A stretch of DNA of 64,000 nucleotides from the NCBI RefSeq assembly GCF_024521635.1, contig NW_026250407.1, forward strand, positions 744,001-808,000, written 5' to 3'. This stretch comes from Tricharina praecox (taxonomy: Eukaryota). The notes beneath the pieces were generated by a model. It made no database searches. It saw nothing but the letters and a program-made list of their open reading frames with translations, and was not told the origin of the DNA. Shown here in pieces: positions 12,898 to 26,565 of the stretch (the stretch's first letter is position 1; every line of letters begins with the position of its first letter). The position numbers were made by a program, and so were the translations under genes.

Positions 12898-15224
12898 ATG
12901 GCATCTGTCCAGCACACTTCTTCTCCTGGCCACGGCCAGTCACAGTCCCTTCTCCACCAACAAGCCCCCCAAATCGGGCATACCAACGGTCACCCTGGGC
13001 CTCCGATGTCACAACAGCAACAGCAAGGGAAACCCAACGTTTTTCAGCAGTTGACGGCGATCAATGAGGTGACATGGCTGCAAATCGGTGAGTGCACTCG
13101 ACTTCCCGGATATCCCCTCCTGCGTGTTTGCGCTTCCTCCTCATCATTATCATTATCGTCATACCGTGGCAACACCCACTAACGGCGATGCGATTCCAGG
13201 CAGCCTCACCGAGCTGATGGGCGATCTCGACCGAGCCACACAGGCATACGAGGCGGCGCTTCGAATGAACCCGTATTCGATTCCTGCCATGAACTCGATC
13301 TCGTGTATCTTGCGAACCAAAGAGCAATTTCCCAAGGCTGTCGAGTATCTGCAGAGCATTTTGAACATGGACAGCAGCAACGGAGAGATTTGGGGGTCAT
13401 TAGGACACTGTTATCTTATGATGGACGATCTGCAGAAAGCTTATTCCGCCTACCAGCAAGCGCTGTACCACCTTCGCGATCCCAAGGTATGAATAACACT
13501 TCCCTGTTTTTTTTTTACAGGCAAGAGCAATCACGACTCCCCGGCGGTGCAGGACTAAAGTACAATGATCATAGGAACCGAAATTGTGGTACGGAATCGG
13601 CATTCTCTATGACCGGTATGGTTCGCTGGAGCACGCGGAGGAGGCTTTCTCTCAGGTGATGAGGATGGAACCAACTTTCGAGAAGGCCAATGAAATCTAC
13701 TTCAGGTTGGGTATAATCTACAAACAGCAACAGAAGTACCAGCAGAGCTTGGAGGTATGTGTTTTCGTTTTGTCGTGATCGGCAGAGTAGCGTGGAAACT
13801 GTTGCTAAATTGCGCCCTTAGTGCTTCCGTTACATCGTCTCCGATCCGCCTGGGCCGTTGACCGAAGAAGACATCTGGTTTCAGATCGGACATGTCCACG
13901 AACAACAGAAAGACGTATGTACCGATGCGATCTCCCTCGTTACTCCCAGTTACTACCAGTGAAGCTGACATTCGATGTGTAGTACAATGCCGCAAAAGAG
14001 GCATACACGAGGGTGCTCGATTCGGACCCGAACCATGCCAAAGTGCTACAGCAACTTGGCTGGCTTCACCACCAGCAAAATGGCGGCTTCGAAAGTCAAG
14101 AACTCGCGATCGAATACCTCGAAAAATCGGTCAGCGCTGGTAAGTTGGCGACACGAATCCCCCTCTGAGTGCACACTCGACTAACGGCGCACCAAGACAA
14201 CACCGATGCCCAGAGTTGGTATCTCCTGGGACGTTGCTACATGTCTCAACAAAAGTACCCCAAGGCGTATGAAGCCTATCAACAGGCCGTCTACCGCGAT
14301 GGCCGAAACCCCACATTTTGGTGCTCCATCGGTGTTCTTTACTACCAGATCAACCAGTACCGCGATGCCCTGGACGCGTACTCCCGTGCGATCCGCCTCA
14401 ACCCTTACATCTCGGAGGTGTGGTACGACCTCGGAACACTGGTAAGCCATCGATCACCGCACCGAAATGCCGACGCGCAATTGCTGACCCGGAGTGTAGT
14501 ACGAGTCGTGCAACAACCAGACTAACGATGCTCTCGATGCTTACCAACGCGCCGCAGAGTTGGATCCTACCAACCAACACATCAAGTCGCGGCTGCAACT
14601 CTTGCGAAGCGGTCAGAACTCGGGTGTGCAGCTTCAAGCCTCGGCGCCTCCTCCTCAGGATGTCCACCCTCAAGCGTACCAGGCTGCCGCGGTGACCGGT
14701 CCCCCTGGCCCTCAATGGGGCTCGCAGGCGCCTCCGTCCGCAGCACCCGTGCGACCACACGCAACCCCGACGCTTCCCCAGATTCCGACCCAGCAACCCA
14801 ACCAGGGCCCCTACAGCAGGCCTAGCGAGCCTCAGCCTCTGCCTCCGCAGAGACACATGAGCCCCGACCACATGAGGCGGCAAGCGGAAGAAGTCAACAG
14901 ACACACTCCCATCCGACGAGGACTTTCGCCTTCTCCCAAATTCCCCAATCACTCTCCTCAGTCCCAGTACCCTCCTCCGTTGCAGACACAGCAGCCGCCT
15001 CCTCCTCCGAACCGCATCCTCAACCCTCATCACAACCCATCTCCCCAGCACGTGCTTCCGCCCGCTTCCAACGGCAACAACATCACGTTACCTCCGTACC
15101 AAGGTGGTGGGGGACGAGTCAGTCCACCGCCTGAAGTCAAGCCGACCGTGGAGGACCGTCTGCCGTCACCCGAGCCTGCTGGATACGCCCACACTCGCAT
15201 TGCGGCCCAGCGGCAGCAGCAGAT

Positions 15225-15278
<54 letters not shown>

Positions 15279-15912
15279 GCAGCAGCAACAGCAGCAGCAA
15301 CAGCAGCAGCAGCCACAACAGCAGCCACAGAGCAGTGGGATCGCCGGAGGTGCTCCCCCGCCAGTGTCCGCCACAATGGCCGCCGAGGCCGCCCAACGGG
15401 ACAGGGAGGAGAAGACCCAGCACATACCAATCAAAAGGCAGAGGGAATGGGAAGACGACGATGGTGTTGTCAAGAAGCCTGCTTCGGAGGAGAACCGAGC
15501 GAGAATGGAGGACGTCCATCACCACCGAGCCTCTCCACCTCCTCAGCATCAGAGACGGGGCGAATCTCTCGAACGCGAACGCGAGCGAGAACGTGGTAAC
15601 GGCAGGGAAGAGTACCACCATGGTCCTCCCCCACCACCACCGCCACCACCGCCGCCGCCACCTCACTCGCTTCCTCCGCTCAGCCATCAGCAGCTACCGC
15701 CCATGTCGGAGGCACCACGGATGCCCGAGCAGCGGAGGGAGGAAACAAAAGAAGTTGTCGAGCCCGCGGCCCGTAAGGTTGAGGAAGATGACGAGTACGA
15801 TGAAGAGGAGGATGTAAAACGAGGTTCCGAGAACTCCCGGCACAAGGAGAACAGCAGTCCAAATTCCAAGAGCACCAATGGCATTTCGAGTGGACCTGGC
15901 GGCGAGAAATAA
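12898..15912 (+). CDS. CYC8: General transcriptional corepressor Cyc8/Ssn6 (TPR protein)
   Basis: Exons 12898-13087, 13200-13486, 13575-13754, 13822-13914, 13983-14139, 14197-14441, 14500-15912. TPRs include WGSLGHCYLMMDDLQKAYSAYQQAL, LWYGIGILYDRYGS and AYQQAVYRDGRNPTFWCSIGVLYYQINQYRDALDAY; P/Q-rich tail. Confidence 0.97.
15226..15312 (+). repeat. CAG/CAA repeat encoding 29 consecutive Gln in Cyc8
   Basis: Counted from the sequence. Confidence 0.95.
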
Positions 15913-17457
15913 ATGCGACAGATGAAAGGTTACGCCGCGGCTACAGCCGTTTCCAGGGGGATGTCGTTTAGGTATGCGAGTGTTGAGATCTACGGATGCC
16001 GAGTTGTATGGGTGTGGTGGGGGTTGCTGCTCGCAAAATTCTCGGGTAGCTAAATGGATGGGGAATGTTTTTTTGTAGCAGGAGAAATTTTGCCTGTGGG
16101 AGAGTGAATTACCTATGTTTTGTGTTTATGCGGATCTGTTGTCTATGTCTGCTCAGTTAAAGTTCAGACGGTTGTTTATTATGCCTTCCCTTCGTCCTCC
16201 TCTTTTTCTTCTTCTTCCTTCATTATTCTTTCTTTTTCCTCCTCTTCTTTCTCTCTTGACCGCCCCGTCCAGAGAAGCGACGGCTCTTTTTTTCTTCTTT
16301 CTTCTTTCTTTTTTTTCTCGGTTCGCAAGTTAATGTAGTGTTTTCCCCCCCCTCCCCCTCCTCCTGCTTCTGCTTCTGCTTCTATTCTCTGCTTCTATTC
16401 TTTTACGAAGTGTGTGTGGGGGTCAGCCGTGGATTATAAGTACTTTACTTTAGGGAAAACTTTTGAAAGGAGTGGGGAGGGAGCGGGAGGGAAGGGACGG
16501 GGAGAAGGGAGGGGAGTGGGGCAACGAATGAGATGACGGATCACAACAAAGAATTGCAAAGGGCTTACTGGCTGCTGGCTACTTACTGACTGTATTGAAG
16601 GAGTTTATTGGCTTGGTTTGTTTGGTTTTGCGTTTGGTTTTCTTTTTAGTAATTGTACTTGTGCCTGATTGTGCTCTCTTGTGCTACTGTGGGACTGGGC
16701 GACTGTGTATATTGAGAAAAGAAAAGAAAAGAAAAGAGAAGTGAAGCATTGTTGAGGTTTTGGCCCGAAGTCCTGGCTCTGCTGGTGTGGTGTGTGCATA
16801 CAACGAGGCCCATTCACAGCATGTCACTACATATCGATACAGAACCGGAGTATAGAGTGATATCATAGAATAGGTAGGATGCATGCGATTGATGAAGAAA
16901 CCAAACAAAAAACAAAAACAAAAACAAAACAAAAGAAGCGGCGATGATCACTCGCAGGTTATTTGTAATCGCGATCTCAATACATCATCCGGTAGCCACT
17001 GAGAGCCACTGCCAGCTCGCTGCATACCTACCTACCTATCCTCACACTAGTCGAGTCTGATCTCATGCGGTCGGGAGTAGGACGGACGGACGGCGCTGTC
17101 GACCAGACGTAGATAGGTAGGTTGTTCGATGTCACGGTGTCGCGGGTAGTCAACGGAGCACACATGACGGTGATGCGAAGCGGCACAACTGAGGATCAAA
17201 GAGCCAGCCAGCAGCTTGGGCAATGTTCAGCTTTAGCGCCAACCAATTCTCCTCTTCCTCCACCGACTCCTCCGCAGTTGAAGCACAACTAAACGACTGG
17301 TTCAATACGTGGACGTGGGTATGATGTGAGTGAGCGCAATCATTTGATTTATGAACATCAAGACCCAGTACCCCCCACCTATGCATGCATGCAAGTCATG
17401 ACCATTGAACCCCAAAAGCCGCAAATCTCAAAAACTCCACAACCCCCCACAATCCTA

Positions 17458-18664
17458 TTACCCCTCCCTAAAAGAATCGCCGCCTTCCGGCAGCTCTTTC
17501 GACTTCAGAGACGAGAGCACAAAGTTCTCCCACCGCTGCTTGACCCACAGGAAACCTCTGTACTCCATTCCCTTCTCGTCGTTCTTGTCGCCCAGCAGCA
17601 CCTCCGTATACAGCCAGACGAAGCTGATGAACGCCGCCACGGCGCCGATCGGGATCGCGACGAGCGGTGAGAGCATGTGGACGCGGACTAGCCTTGCGGC
17701 GCCGACGTCGTCGGCCGTGGGAAACGGATGGCGCCGCCAGTAGAGGAAGCGCATGTGTAACTCTAACGGCGGGAGGAGGCGCGAGATGACTGTTGTGCCG
17801 AAGGGGGGGCAGGTGGAGGATGTAAGGTTTTGGAGGGGGTAGCTGATTATCAGCAGGAGGAGCGTGATGAGTGTGTAGAGGGCGCACAGCACGCTGAGGA
17901 AGGGCGCAATGAATGTTAGGTAGCACTGTGCGCGTGGGGAGTCAGCAGAGTTCGATTGGGAAGTGGGGGGAGGGTGTGGGGTTTGGAGGGTGTACCAGAA
18001 CTCGCCAGACGTAGGAGGACTTATGGCGATGGTCGGTTTCTTCTCTACTTCCAGCTTGCTGCTCCACGTCTATCCCTAACCGGTTATCGTCGTAGAAGTT
18101 ATCGCTATTTGTGCGTCGCGATCTTCTTGCATGGTTATGACGGCGCGGCCGCTGCTGCTGTGGGCACTCTCTGTCGCCATCGTCTTTCTCGGCGAAGTCT
18201 GGTGTATCGTGGGTATTTCGCAGTGGCCGGGGATGTGATACATGGTTGTTGCCTGCTGTGGTCTCCTCCATGCCCATGTCCATCTCACTCTTTTCGAGAT
18301 CCTGCAGCGCGCATTGCGGTGTAGCGCCTTCCGCTTCCTTCGCACCTAGATCCTGCGGCGAGCATTGCGCTGTAGCGCTTTCTGCTCCCTTCCCACCACC
18401 ACCCACAGCAACAACAGCAGCAACAGCACCTTCCTCCCCACCTTCCCCTTCTCCCGTGCCAGTTCCTATTCTAGTTCCAGTCCCACCATCTACCCGTCCC
18501 CGCGGCGTCGGCGGCGGCGGTGGTGACGGACGTGGTTGTGTTTGTGTCGGTATCGTTATCGATTGCAGCAGCTCTGGGAGTTGTTGCTGTTGTTGTTGCT
18601 GTTGTACCCGGTCGCGATCGCAGTCGGTCCCGGTCCCGTTCCCGATCCTGTCAAGCGACGCCAT
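17458..18664 (-). CDS. Hypothetical membrane protein (disordered N-terminus, ~2 hydrophobic segments)
   Basis: Exons 18664-17996 and 17925-17458 (intron GTACAC..GCTGAC..CAG) join as YVWRVL|CYLTFIAPFLSVLCALY; second hydrophobic segment SPLVAIPIGAVAAFISFVWLY. Start codon uncertain. Confidence 0.75.
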
Positions 18665-20862
18665 TCGGATCGGATTGGATTTCCGCCGTGACTCGTTGTT
18701 TAGGGGGTGGGTATTTGGGCCCGGTTTGAAATAAACAAAACCCAATGTGAGTCCCGTCCAGAAAATTAATTCGTTACGTTGAGCGGCGGTGGGGCAAGCA
18801 GTTCGGTGAGGCTCAGGGGAAGGTTGGCGGTGGTGGTGGTGGAGCAGTTGTGGTGGTAGTTGGAGTTGGAGTTGTGGATGTAGTTGTGAATGTTGTGAAT
18901 GTGGATGTATCTCCGCCACTCGGCAGCAAGAACAACAACAACGTCAACAGCAACGGCTACGGCTCGAGGGAAGATGGAGACAGCGGCAACGGTGACGGCG
19001 ACGTCGATGTGGAGGAGAAGGGTGAGGAGCAGAAGGAGGAGTTGGAGAAGGAGGAGGAGGAGGCAGTATTAAGAAGCGTAATCAAAGCTTCTGCTGCAGC
19101 AACTGCTGGTATGGCTATCGGATCTATCGGTGAAGAATCCTGTGATGTTGCCATTGTGGGGGAGGAGAGAAGGAGAGAAGGAAGGAAGGAAGTTGAGTTT
19201 AGGTGTGGGTGGGTGTGGGTTGGTTCGGGGGGGAGGGGGGGGTTGTCTGACACTGTGTCTGTCTGTCGCGCGCGGCGCCGAGAGAAAACCAAGAAGCCCC
19301 AAGACCACGGAGCAGGAGAAAGAAAGGAAAGAGTCGAGGTTGGGTTGGGTTGGTGGCCCTTTGAGGTGGGGTTGGAATTGGCTTGGGATGGGTTGTTTGC
19401 GGCTGGGCAGCGCTGGGCGGTGGGCTTGGCTTCGGGAAAGCTGCTGGGCAGAAGGTCGGAGAAGGTTGGAGGGATGGGGAGGGGGGATGGGAGTGGATGG
19501 ATGGATAACTGCTGCTGCTGAGGATGTTGTCGGGAAAGAGAATTTATTTGTACGGAGGAGGAGGAGGAGGAGGAGGAGAAGGATTAAGAGAAGGACCCCT
19601 CTCTCCCTCTTCTCTCTCCCTTGCGATTCATCTTCGCCCCACCCTTCCACTCGTTCACGTGTCTCTCTCAATGGGGGGAGCTGGGGGGAGCTGTGGCTGG
19701 GGCTGGGGGGGGCAGCGGTAATTAATCGAGCAAGCGCGCGGTGTCACCGGCAAGCACTCACTCACCGCGGCCTCTTGGCGCGTCTTGGAATACCTAGCGT
19801 CTTTTACGCCAAGTGGAGGGTGTTCCGAACGAATCTGCTGGTCGTACCTTAGGTCCTTAGCACAGGCGACACGTGCAACCCTGTCGCTGTCCGGGTAGGT
19901 ACGAATGCAGAGGTCATAAGCGGCGGCGGCGAATTGGAGTGAACACTCAAGACTGACGGACAGCCAAGGTGTGGAGAAACGGTGCATGTGATGTGATGTG
20001 TCATGATACGAGAGTCTATTCTAGAGTTCGAACCGCAAAAAACAGTCGTCCATACTTGAGTCTTGGAACTTACCGCGACGATTGGATGTAGTTGAATGCA
20101 GAATGATGAAACCAAAAAAGTAAGTTCATGTGGATGAACATTCAGCCGACGAGATGAACCCGAGTGACCATTTGTGAACATCCATATAATCGCCACCTTG
20201 AATGGCATCAAATCTCGATGGCGGACAGTCTTAAATCATGATTTGGCCTCCCATAGCCAGATGGAATACCAGCCCTTCAGTTATCACTTGAAACACCGAC
20301 ATACACCCCAAATAGAGAATGGTTCCCGATGTATGTACCGTACATACTACAAATGATACCCAATTCTATATGAATTCCCCATATTTACGAAAAAATATGT
20401 ATCATCACTTTCCCCGCCCAAAGCCAGCCAGCACAAGCACACACGGTTCAGGACTTTTGCAGCCACAAACGAACCCAAAAGATGCAAAGGAAAAGCGGAA
20501 AAAAAATGCAAAGGTCACTTACCCAACCCACCGTCCGCCCCTTAGTTAACCCCCCACCCCACCCCACCCGCGATTTAATGCTAGAGATTGTGAACCCAAG
20601 GAAAATAAGAAGAAGCAAACTTTACCCCCCCGCCCTCCCATCGAAAGCAAAAGCCAAGTTATACAGCCAAAGAAATAGAATGAAACCCCCCGCCCTCCTC
20701 CCAAGAAAAGAGAAACTATACAGTAGAGTGATGTTATTCCACAATAGCTAGTGGATATCGAGAAAAATTCGTAGCAGACGTTTCGGGGTAACGCGCTGAT
20801 GTATGGTGGTGAAAATAGTCATTGCAGGTCATCAAAATAGGAAATAAGAACACTCTAAAAAA

Positions 20863-23790
20863 CTATGCGTATCTCGGAGCCCCGGAGTAAGAATTGGGTG
20901 GTGGTTGTTGATAACCCGGGGAAGTAGCGGTCTCGCTACCACCTCGTCTGCCGTGTCCTTGGGCGCTAGGATCGAATCCCCGCTGCGTCATGGGTGGTGG
21001 TTGAGGGTAATCGTTCGCTCGCGAAGGGAGTTGTTGCCAGCGAGTGGGCGGATTATGGCCCTGTTGTGGCGGGATCCCGCCGTACATGGCTGGTTGCATG
21101 TTCTTGGGACGTCTTCTGCCGCGACGGCAGCGGGACCAGCAGCAGGAAAGGATCGAGAAGAGGAGGATTGCGCCGACTCCGGCACCTACACCAATAACGA
21201 TGTTTCGGTGCTAATTTCCCCACATGTTAGTTTGTCGGTTGCAGGAAGGGAAGGGAAGAGGCATAAATACCCTGTCGATCCAGCTCTTCACTTCTCCGAG
21301 CGCGCTCGCTCCCGAACAGTACCCATTCTTGCACGTGCCATCACCCCTGCATGGAGTGCCGTCCAGGAAGTTCTGTTGCATCCGGAGGCAGGTATCCGCG
21401 CCAAGTTCGGGAGACTGGCAAGTGAGGACGCAGTTAGAATCGTCGCAAGACCGGGTGTCGTTGTTGGTTGATATGCGACCCATAACAGATTGGCATTGCT
21501 GGTCGCGGGACGTGCATTGACCACTGGCACACTTGAGGCCATCCGAGCAGCCTGTTCCGTCGGGAGAAACTACATCGCTAGGACATACGGAAGCGGACCC
21601 TGTGCATTTCTCTTCCGGATCACACTCTCCGTTACTCTCGCGACACACTGTATTTGCCGACGCGAACTGGCAGCCCGTGCAACAATCCTCGTTCGCGTCA
21701 CTAACGGCGTATGCGTTAGCATCATGTGGGTATCATTCGAAGGTGATCGGGGGTGAACTTACTCGCAGACAGAGTTGGTCGTGAACTTGCAGGTGGCCGC
21801 GTCACAGCATGTGTTGGTTCCACAGCCGGCCGTTCCTCCACAGTCGCAGTCCTCACCTTCCTCGACGATACCGTTCCCGCACTCCTGCTCGGTGATGACG
21901 GTAACACCTCTGTTGGAGCTCAGACATGATGTATCCACACTTCGTAACCTGAAAGCAGCACAAATATTGCCAACGGTGCATCTAAGTCAAAGTTAGTAAA
22001 AAAGAAGAATATGTATATGCCGGGAAGATATGCTGAGTAACATACGGACTAAACTCCTGGATCCGGCTACTCGTCGATGGATTCATGATATAATTCCCGC
22101 CCGCATCGCAAGTACTCGTACTGAACGGACAGCACATGGACGCTGACGCCGCATTACTGGCACAACTGGTCTCTGTGCAGTCGTGTACAGCACCCATGGT
22201 ATGTCCAATCTCGTGAGCAATGACCTTCCACTCGGTGTCTGTCCTTGCCACAACGTTGACGCCGCTGACGAAAGAGCCGTCTTGAGAGTTGGTAGTCGCC
22301 TCACCCTGGCAGAGTTGACCCAGCCATGCAAGACCGACCGAAGACCCGGTTTCGCAGGTGGTCAGGAGCGTCCACAGGGCCAAGGAATCGTTGGCTCTCT
22401 GGCCTCTCCATTGTGAAAACAGGTTGAGGCGATCTTCGATGGTGGTCGTGGCTGAGCCAGTGGTTGCATCACACGGTACGTTCCATTTCGAACCTTCAGG
22501 CGCCGTCCCGGGGCAACTCGCCTTACTAATAATGAGTTGCGAAAGGCCTAGTGTGATGTTGAAAGTCTTCTCGTACAGATCGGATCTAGTCTATGTCAGT
22601 GGCTGAACCGTGATTGGGGTAATCAAGAAAAGAAAAGAAAAAACATACGCAGTGTTGATTTGCCTGATGATGTTCGTTCGGGCTTCCTGCTCGGTCGTGA
22701 AATCACCGGTATACGTACAGTCGGTGGCCACTCCCATCAGCGCCACCATCCGGGTCTTGGGACATCCGGAGGTGCTTCCAATGTTATTCCGCAGATTCAC
22801 AGTTGCCGAGTTTCCACCGGTGGTGTCATCGACAGTCTGCCGCTTCTGCACTCCGACTCGTCCTCCACCGAGCAAAGCATCCAGCCCCAGTGAACCAAAG
22901 ATCCCCTTCTCCTTCTCCGAGATCATCTTGTTTACCGGATTTCCAGGTTGCAGGTTGAAATCCAATCTGTCGGACGGGCACATGATATCCTCCTGAGTGC
23001 CATTGCCGAGACTCCGGCCCTTCAGCTCCGCCGACTGAAACGGGTTTCCCATCACATCGGAATCCCTCCAGACCAGCATGAACTCGTCACCATCCTTCTC
23101 GACGAGCGGATCACTGTTCTGCCGCATCTTGAGGTAATTCGATCGCGAGTGGATGTGGTGGGCATCGTGGTTGAGCGTGAAGGCACCCTCAAACATCGGG
23201 TTCTCTCCGTCCTGCGAGATGACGATGCGCGCCCATCCAGCATAGGTCCACCCTTGATCATCGCGCAACCACGAATTTCCCTTATACACCTTGTACTCAT
23301 GCCTGATCATGGGCTCCTCCCTCTCCACGTAGCCATTATCGTCGAGATACTGGATCGAAGCGCCCTCAGGGATGATGTCGTTGTTCGGCTCGAGCGTAAA
23401 TTTGACATCCTGGGTGCCATCGTGGAGGGTGAAGACGACGTCGAACGAGGAGTGCGCGTGGGCTCTATGCGACGGTGTTTTTATTATTGGGTTCTCGACT
23501 CTTGTTATGTACGTGACGGGACTCCTCCGCTCCGAATGTGCTGCAAGACGTCCAGAGCGCGTTAGTAGGCCAACCAACCCAAAAAAAAAGGGACAACACG
23601 ACGCGGCCGCGAACCACCACCACCACCACCACTACCACCACCACCACCACCACCACCACCACCACTACCGACGCACATCACCAGCGGGATAAAGAAGCAA
23701 GGCGAACGTACCTATTGTGAAATCCAACAGGCAAAATAATATCCCCAGTAGCGATATCAGCACCGAATCTGTGCGCCATGATAACCGCAT
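20863..23790 (-). CDS. Fungal ADAM-family metalloprotease (signal peptide, prodomain, M12B, disintegrin, Cys-rich, TM, Pro-rich tail)
   Basis: Exons 23790-23712, 23540-22649, 22585-22046, 21981-21763, 21700-21271, 21210-20863. Zinc motif [12 protein letters not shown], Met-turn [20 protein letters not shown] disintegrin start, [23 protein letters not shown]. Confidence 0.95.
23612..23668. repeat. (ACC)n microsatellite inside ADAM intron 1
   Basis: Read directly from the sequence. Confidence 0.9.
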
Positions 23791-26081
23791 GGCAACCTCT
23801 TTCGTCTTTCTTCCTCTCTCTCTCTCAGATGTACTGCTGTCGCAACTGCCTATGCGCCAGCTTGTATTTTCCCCCCAAACTCCGGTGACTTAAGTTGCTT
23901 GGAAGCGTTTCGATAATGTGGTAGTCGGACGGGATGGTGAATAACCGGCGGACACGGGAGAAGGTGACGACCCAGAAGAAACGAAGCGCTCTATGGTCAG
24001 ACAAAGATAGCCCGACAGTTAAACGGATAACTGCTTCAGATATCTAGTCGGTTCCGAAGAAAAGAATGGAAGTGTCGAACGGATATTCTTTTTACTTTTT
24101 ATTTTCGTTTCGAGAGGGGGGTGAAGGAAGGTTGTAACTGTTGAACGGAAGTGGCGGGACCGGGGGTTGGTGGGGAGGGGGATGATTCTATAAGGGAACT
24201 CTCGGACTCTCTGCTGGGCAAACCTGGATGAGCTTGAGCTGTTGTGGAGACTGAGCCAGGCTTCCTTGGTAAACGGAAGTTGGAAGTTGGTGGGGGTTGT
24301 TTATTTGGGACTGGGGCGGGCTAAATAAGAAATGCTCGGGGAGCGGTTCGGGTCTGTAGAGTAGCGAGCTGATGTTGGATGTCTCTCTTAACGAATGTTG
24401 TTGTTTTTGTTGTTGTTGCGGGCGGGCCGAGCAGATGAGGATTATGAATGGAGGTTGAACGCTGCGTGGATATTATAGTTACGGAGACGTAAAGGCAATG
24501 GAAGGTGCAATTCTATGCGATCCGGGGTATGTAGAGCGGGTAGTGAATAGTATATTCCAAGTAAGGTTGCGGAAACAACAAGATACGGAGGGGGGTGGTG
24601 GTGGCTTGGGTGAGTTGAGTTGAAGGAAGAGGCTCGCTCGCAGAAGCAGAGGTGGGGGGTGGAGGGAGGGTGGAGGGACCAGGAGAAGGTACGGGAAGAG
24701 AAAGAGAAAGCTTCCTGGAGCAATATAGAAATATCGAAGTATCTATCACCGTCGTCGCCGCCGCAGTCAGCTGTAGGTGGTACACGAGTCGAGCGCAAGA
24801 TGATTGACGGGGTCATTCGCCGGATTACGGGCGGAAATAATGCTGATGAACGAGTTGAGGCAGGGGCAGTGCTGAGGAGCTGAGCTTCAATAGACCCTCG
24901 AACTCGTATGCGCCGGTAGAGTGCACGAATAAGTTGTTACACTGCCCGAATTCCCCGAGAATAATGCTGATGGCTTCACGGTCTTGGAGTGCTCATAAAG
25001 CCGCCTTCACCGGAGAGATTCGAGATTCGAGATTCGAGAGTCGGGGCGGAGGGACTCGAGAGTCGGAAATATTGCCACTTTGGCTTGGACTTTGCGGGCA
25101 AGACGCCGTTGAGGGGAGAGAGTACGTACGTGCCATACACTCATCATCATCGGATCGTGTATCATACATCGAATGCTAGGCAGCCAGCCAGCCAGCAAAG
25201 TGCCTGGACTCTGGAGTAGGCAACTCGGCCTCTCTCCGGTCCTTGAAGATGTCTATAGAGTGCTCTACTCACGTTACCCCAGTACAGCCATCTTCTACTC
25301 GCTCGACCGTCGTCTTCCCAGTCTTCCCTACGATGCGAATGACCATTATTAGAAATCGAGTGCGCAGTCCCTTCACTAAGTTCACTTCGCCAGTGACTCG
25401 CACCCACGCACATGCACACGGCCGACAAACAGAACACAGAACATGCACTCTCCTACATACAAATTCCACAGGCCGTGCTCCGTGCTGAGGCACAGCTTCT
25501 ATGTATGCCGTACTGTATTCCATACCTAACCGGTATCTCCGATCTGCGTGCGGAGTTTGGTATGGATACGCCCATCCCCCCTATCGCACAGAAGCGAAGG
25601 ATCCCCCCATCCCCTCCCGCATCCGAAACTCCAACATCCACCCACCACCCAGCACCCGTCCCAGCGTCCTGAGGCAAAACCGCGCATCCAGATTCCAAGC
25701 AACCCACGGCGCGCGACGTCGCACTCTCCCTCCGTGTCCGTTTCAAAGCCGAGCCGAGTATGCACATATCAAAGCTCAGTAGAGTAAAGCAGCCTTTAGC
25801 GCCTGATCGAACCTGCGCTGACGACGACGACGAACCCTTTCCTTCCTGCCTGACCAAACACATCCTCCCCCCTCCCACCCTCCCTCCCACCCACCCCCGC
25901 CATCTCGCACGACCCCCCCCCCATACCCCTGCGGAATCGGATTTGGCATATTAACTCCACCCCCGACACAACCCCAGCCCACACACACAACCCCAGCCCA
26001 CACACACAACCCACCCACGCACCCGGATCAACAGGCTCTTCCGAGCCCCGGAGGTGCTGCCCTCCGTCCATTACGCGGCCT

Positions 26082-26163
26082 CCTACCACCTACCACCTAC
26101 CACCTACCACCTACCACCTACCACCTACCACCTACCACCTACCACCTACCACCTACCACCTAC
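26082..26163. repeat. 7-bp tandem repeat (CCTACCA) x~11.5, followed by (GGA)n at 26207-26247
   Basis: Read directly from the sequence. Confidence 0.95.
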
Positions 26164-26565
26164 ATACAAAGTACTCACTCTGCCTACATACCACATCATG
26201 CGGCTTGGAGGAGGAGGAGGAGGAGGAGGAGGAGGAGGAGGAGGAGGTGTGGAGGATTCTGCTGCAGGGAAAAGCTGGCGTATCCGGGCTTTATTCTATG
26301 TATGAGGTATCTCGTGTGCGTTCTCGTGTTCGTTCAACGCTGTCAAACAGAAAAGTGAAGTAAAAAAACAGATAAGAATGGTTGGCTCGGAGTGATTCCG
26401 CCGGTCACTGGTGGGTGACTAAGCGCCGCTCCATTGCCATCTCCAGCACCATCACCACCACCACCACCATCACCATCGACGTGTATTTTCAAAAAAAGTC
26501 TTGACTCTTGACATACACGCGGACGGCTGCTTCTAGAGTACTTAATATGGTATGGTAGGTAGGCA

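Noticed and set aside
18850..19852. Long plus-strand ORFs (223 and 240 aa)
   Set aside because: Low-complexity purine-rich strand opposite the pyrimidine-rich leader of the minus-strand gene
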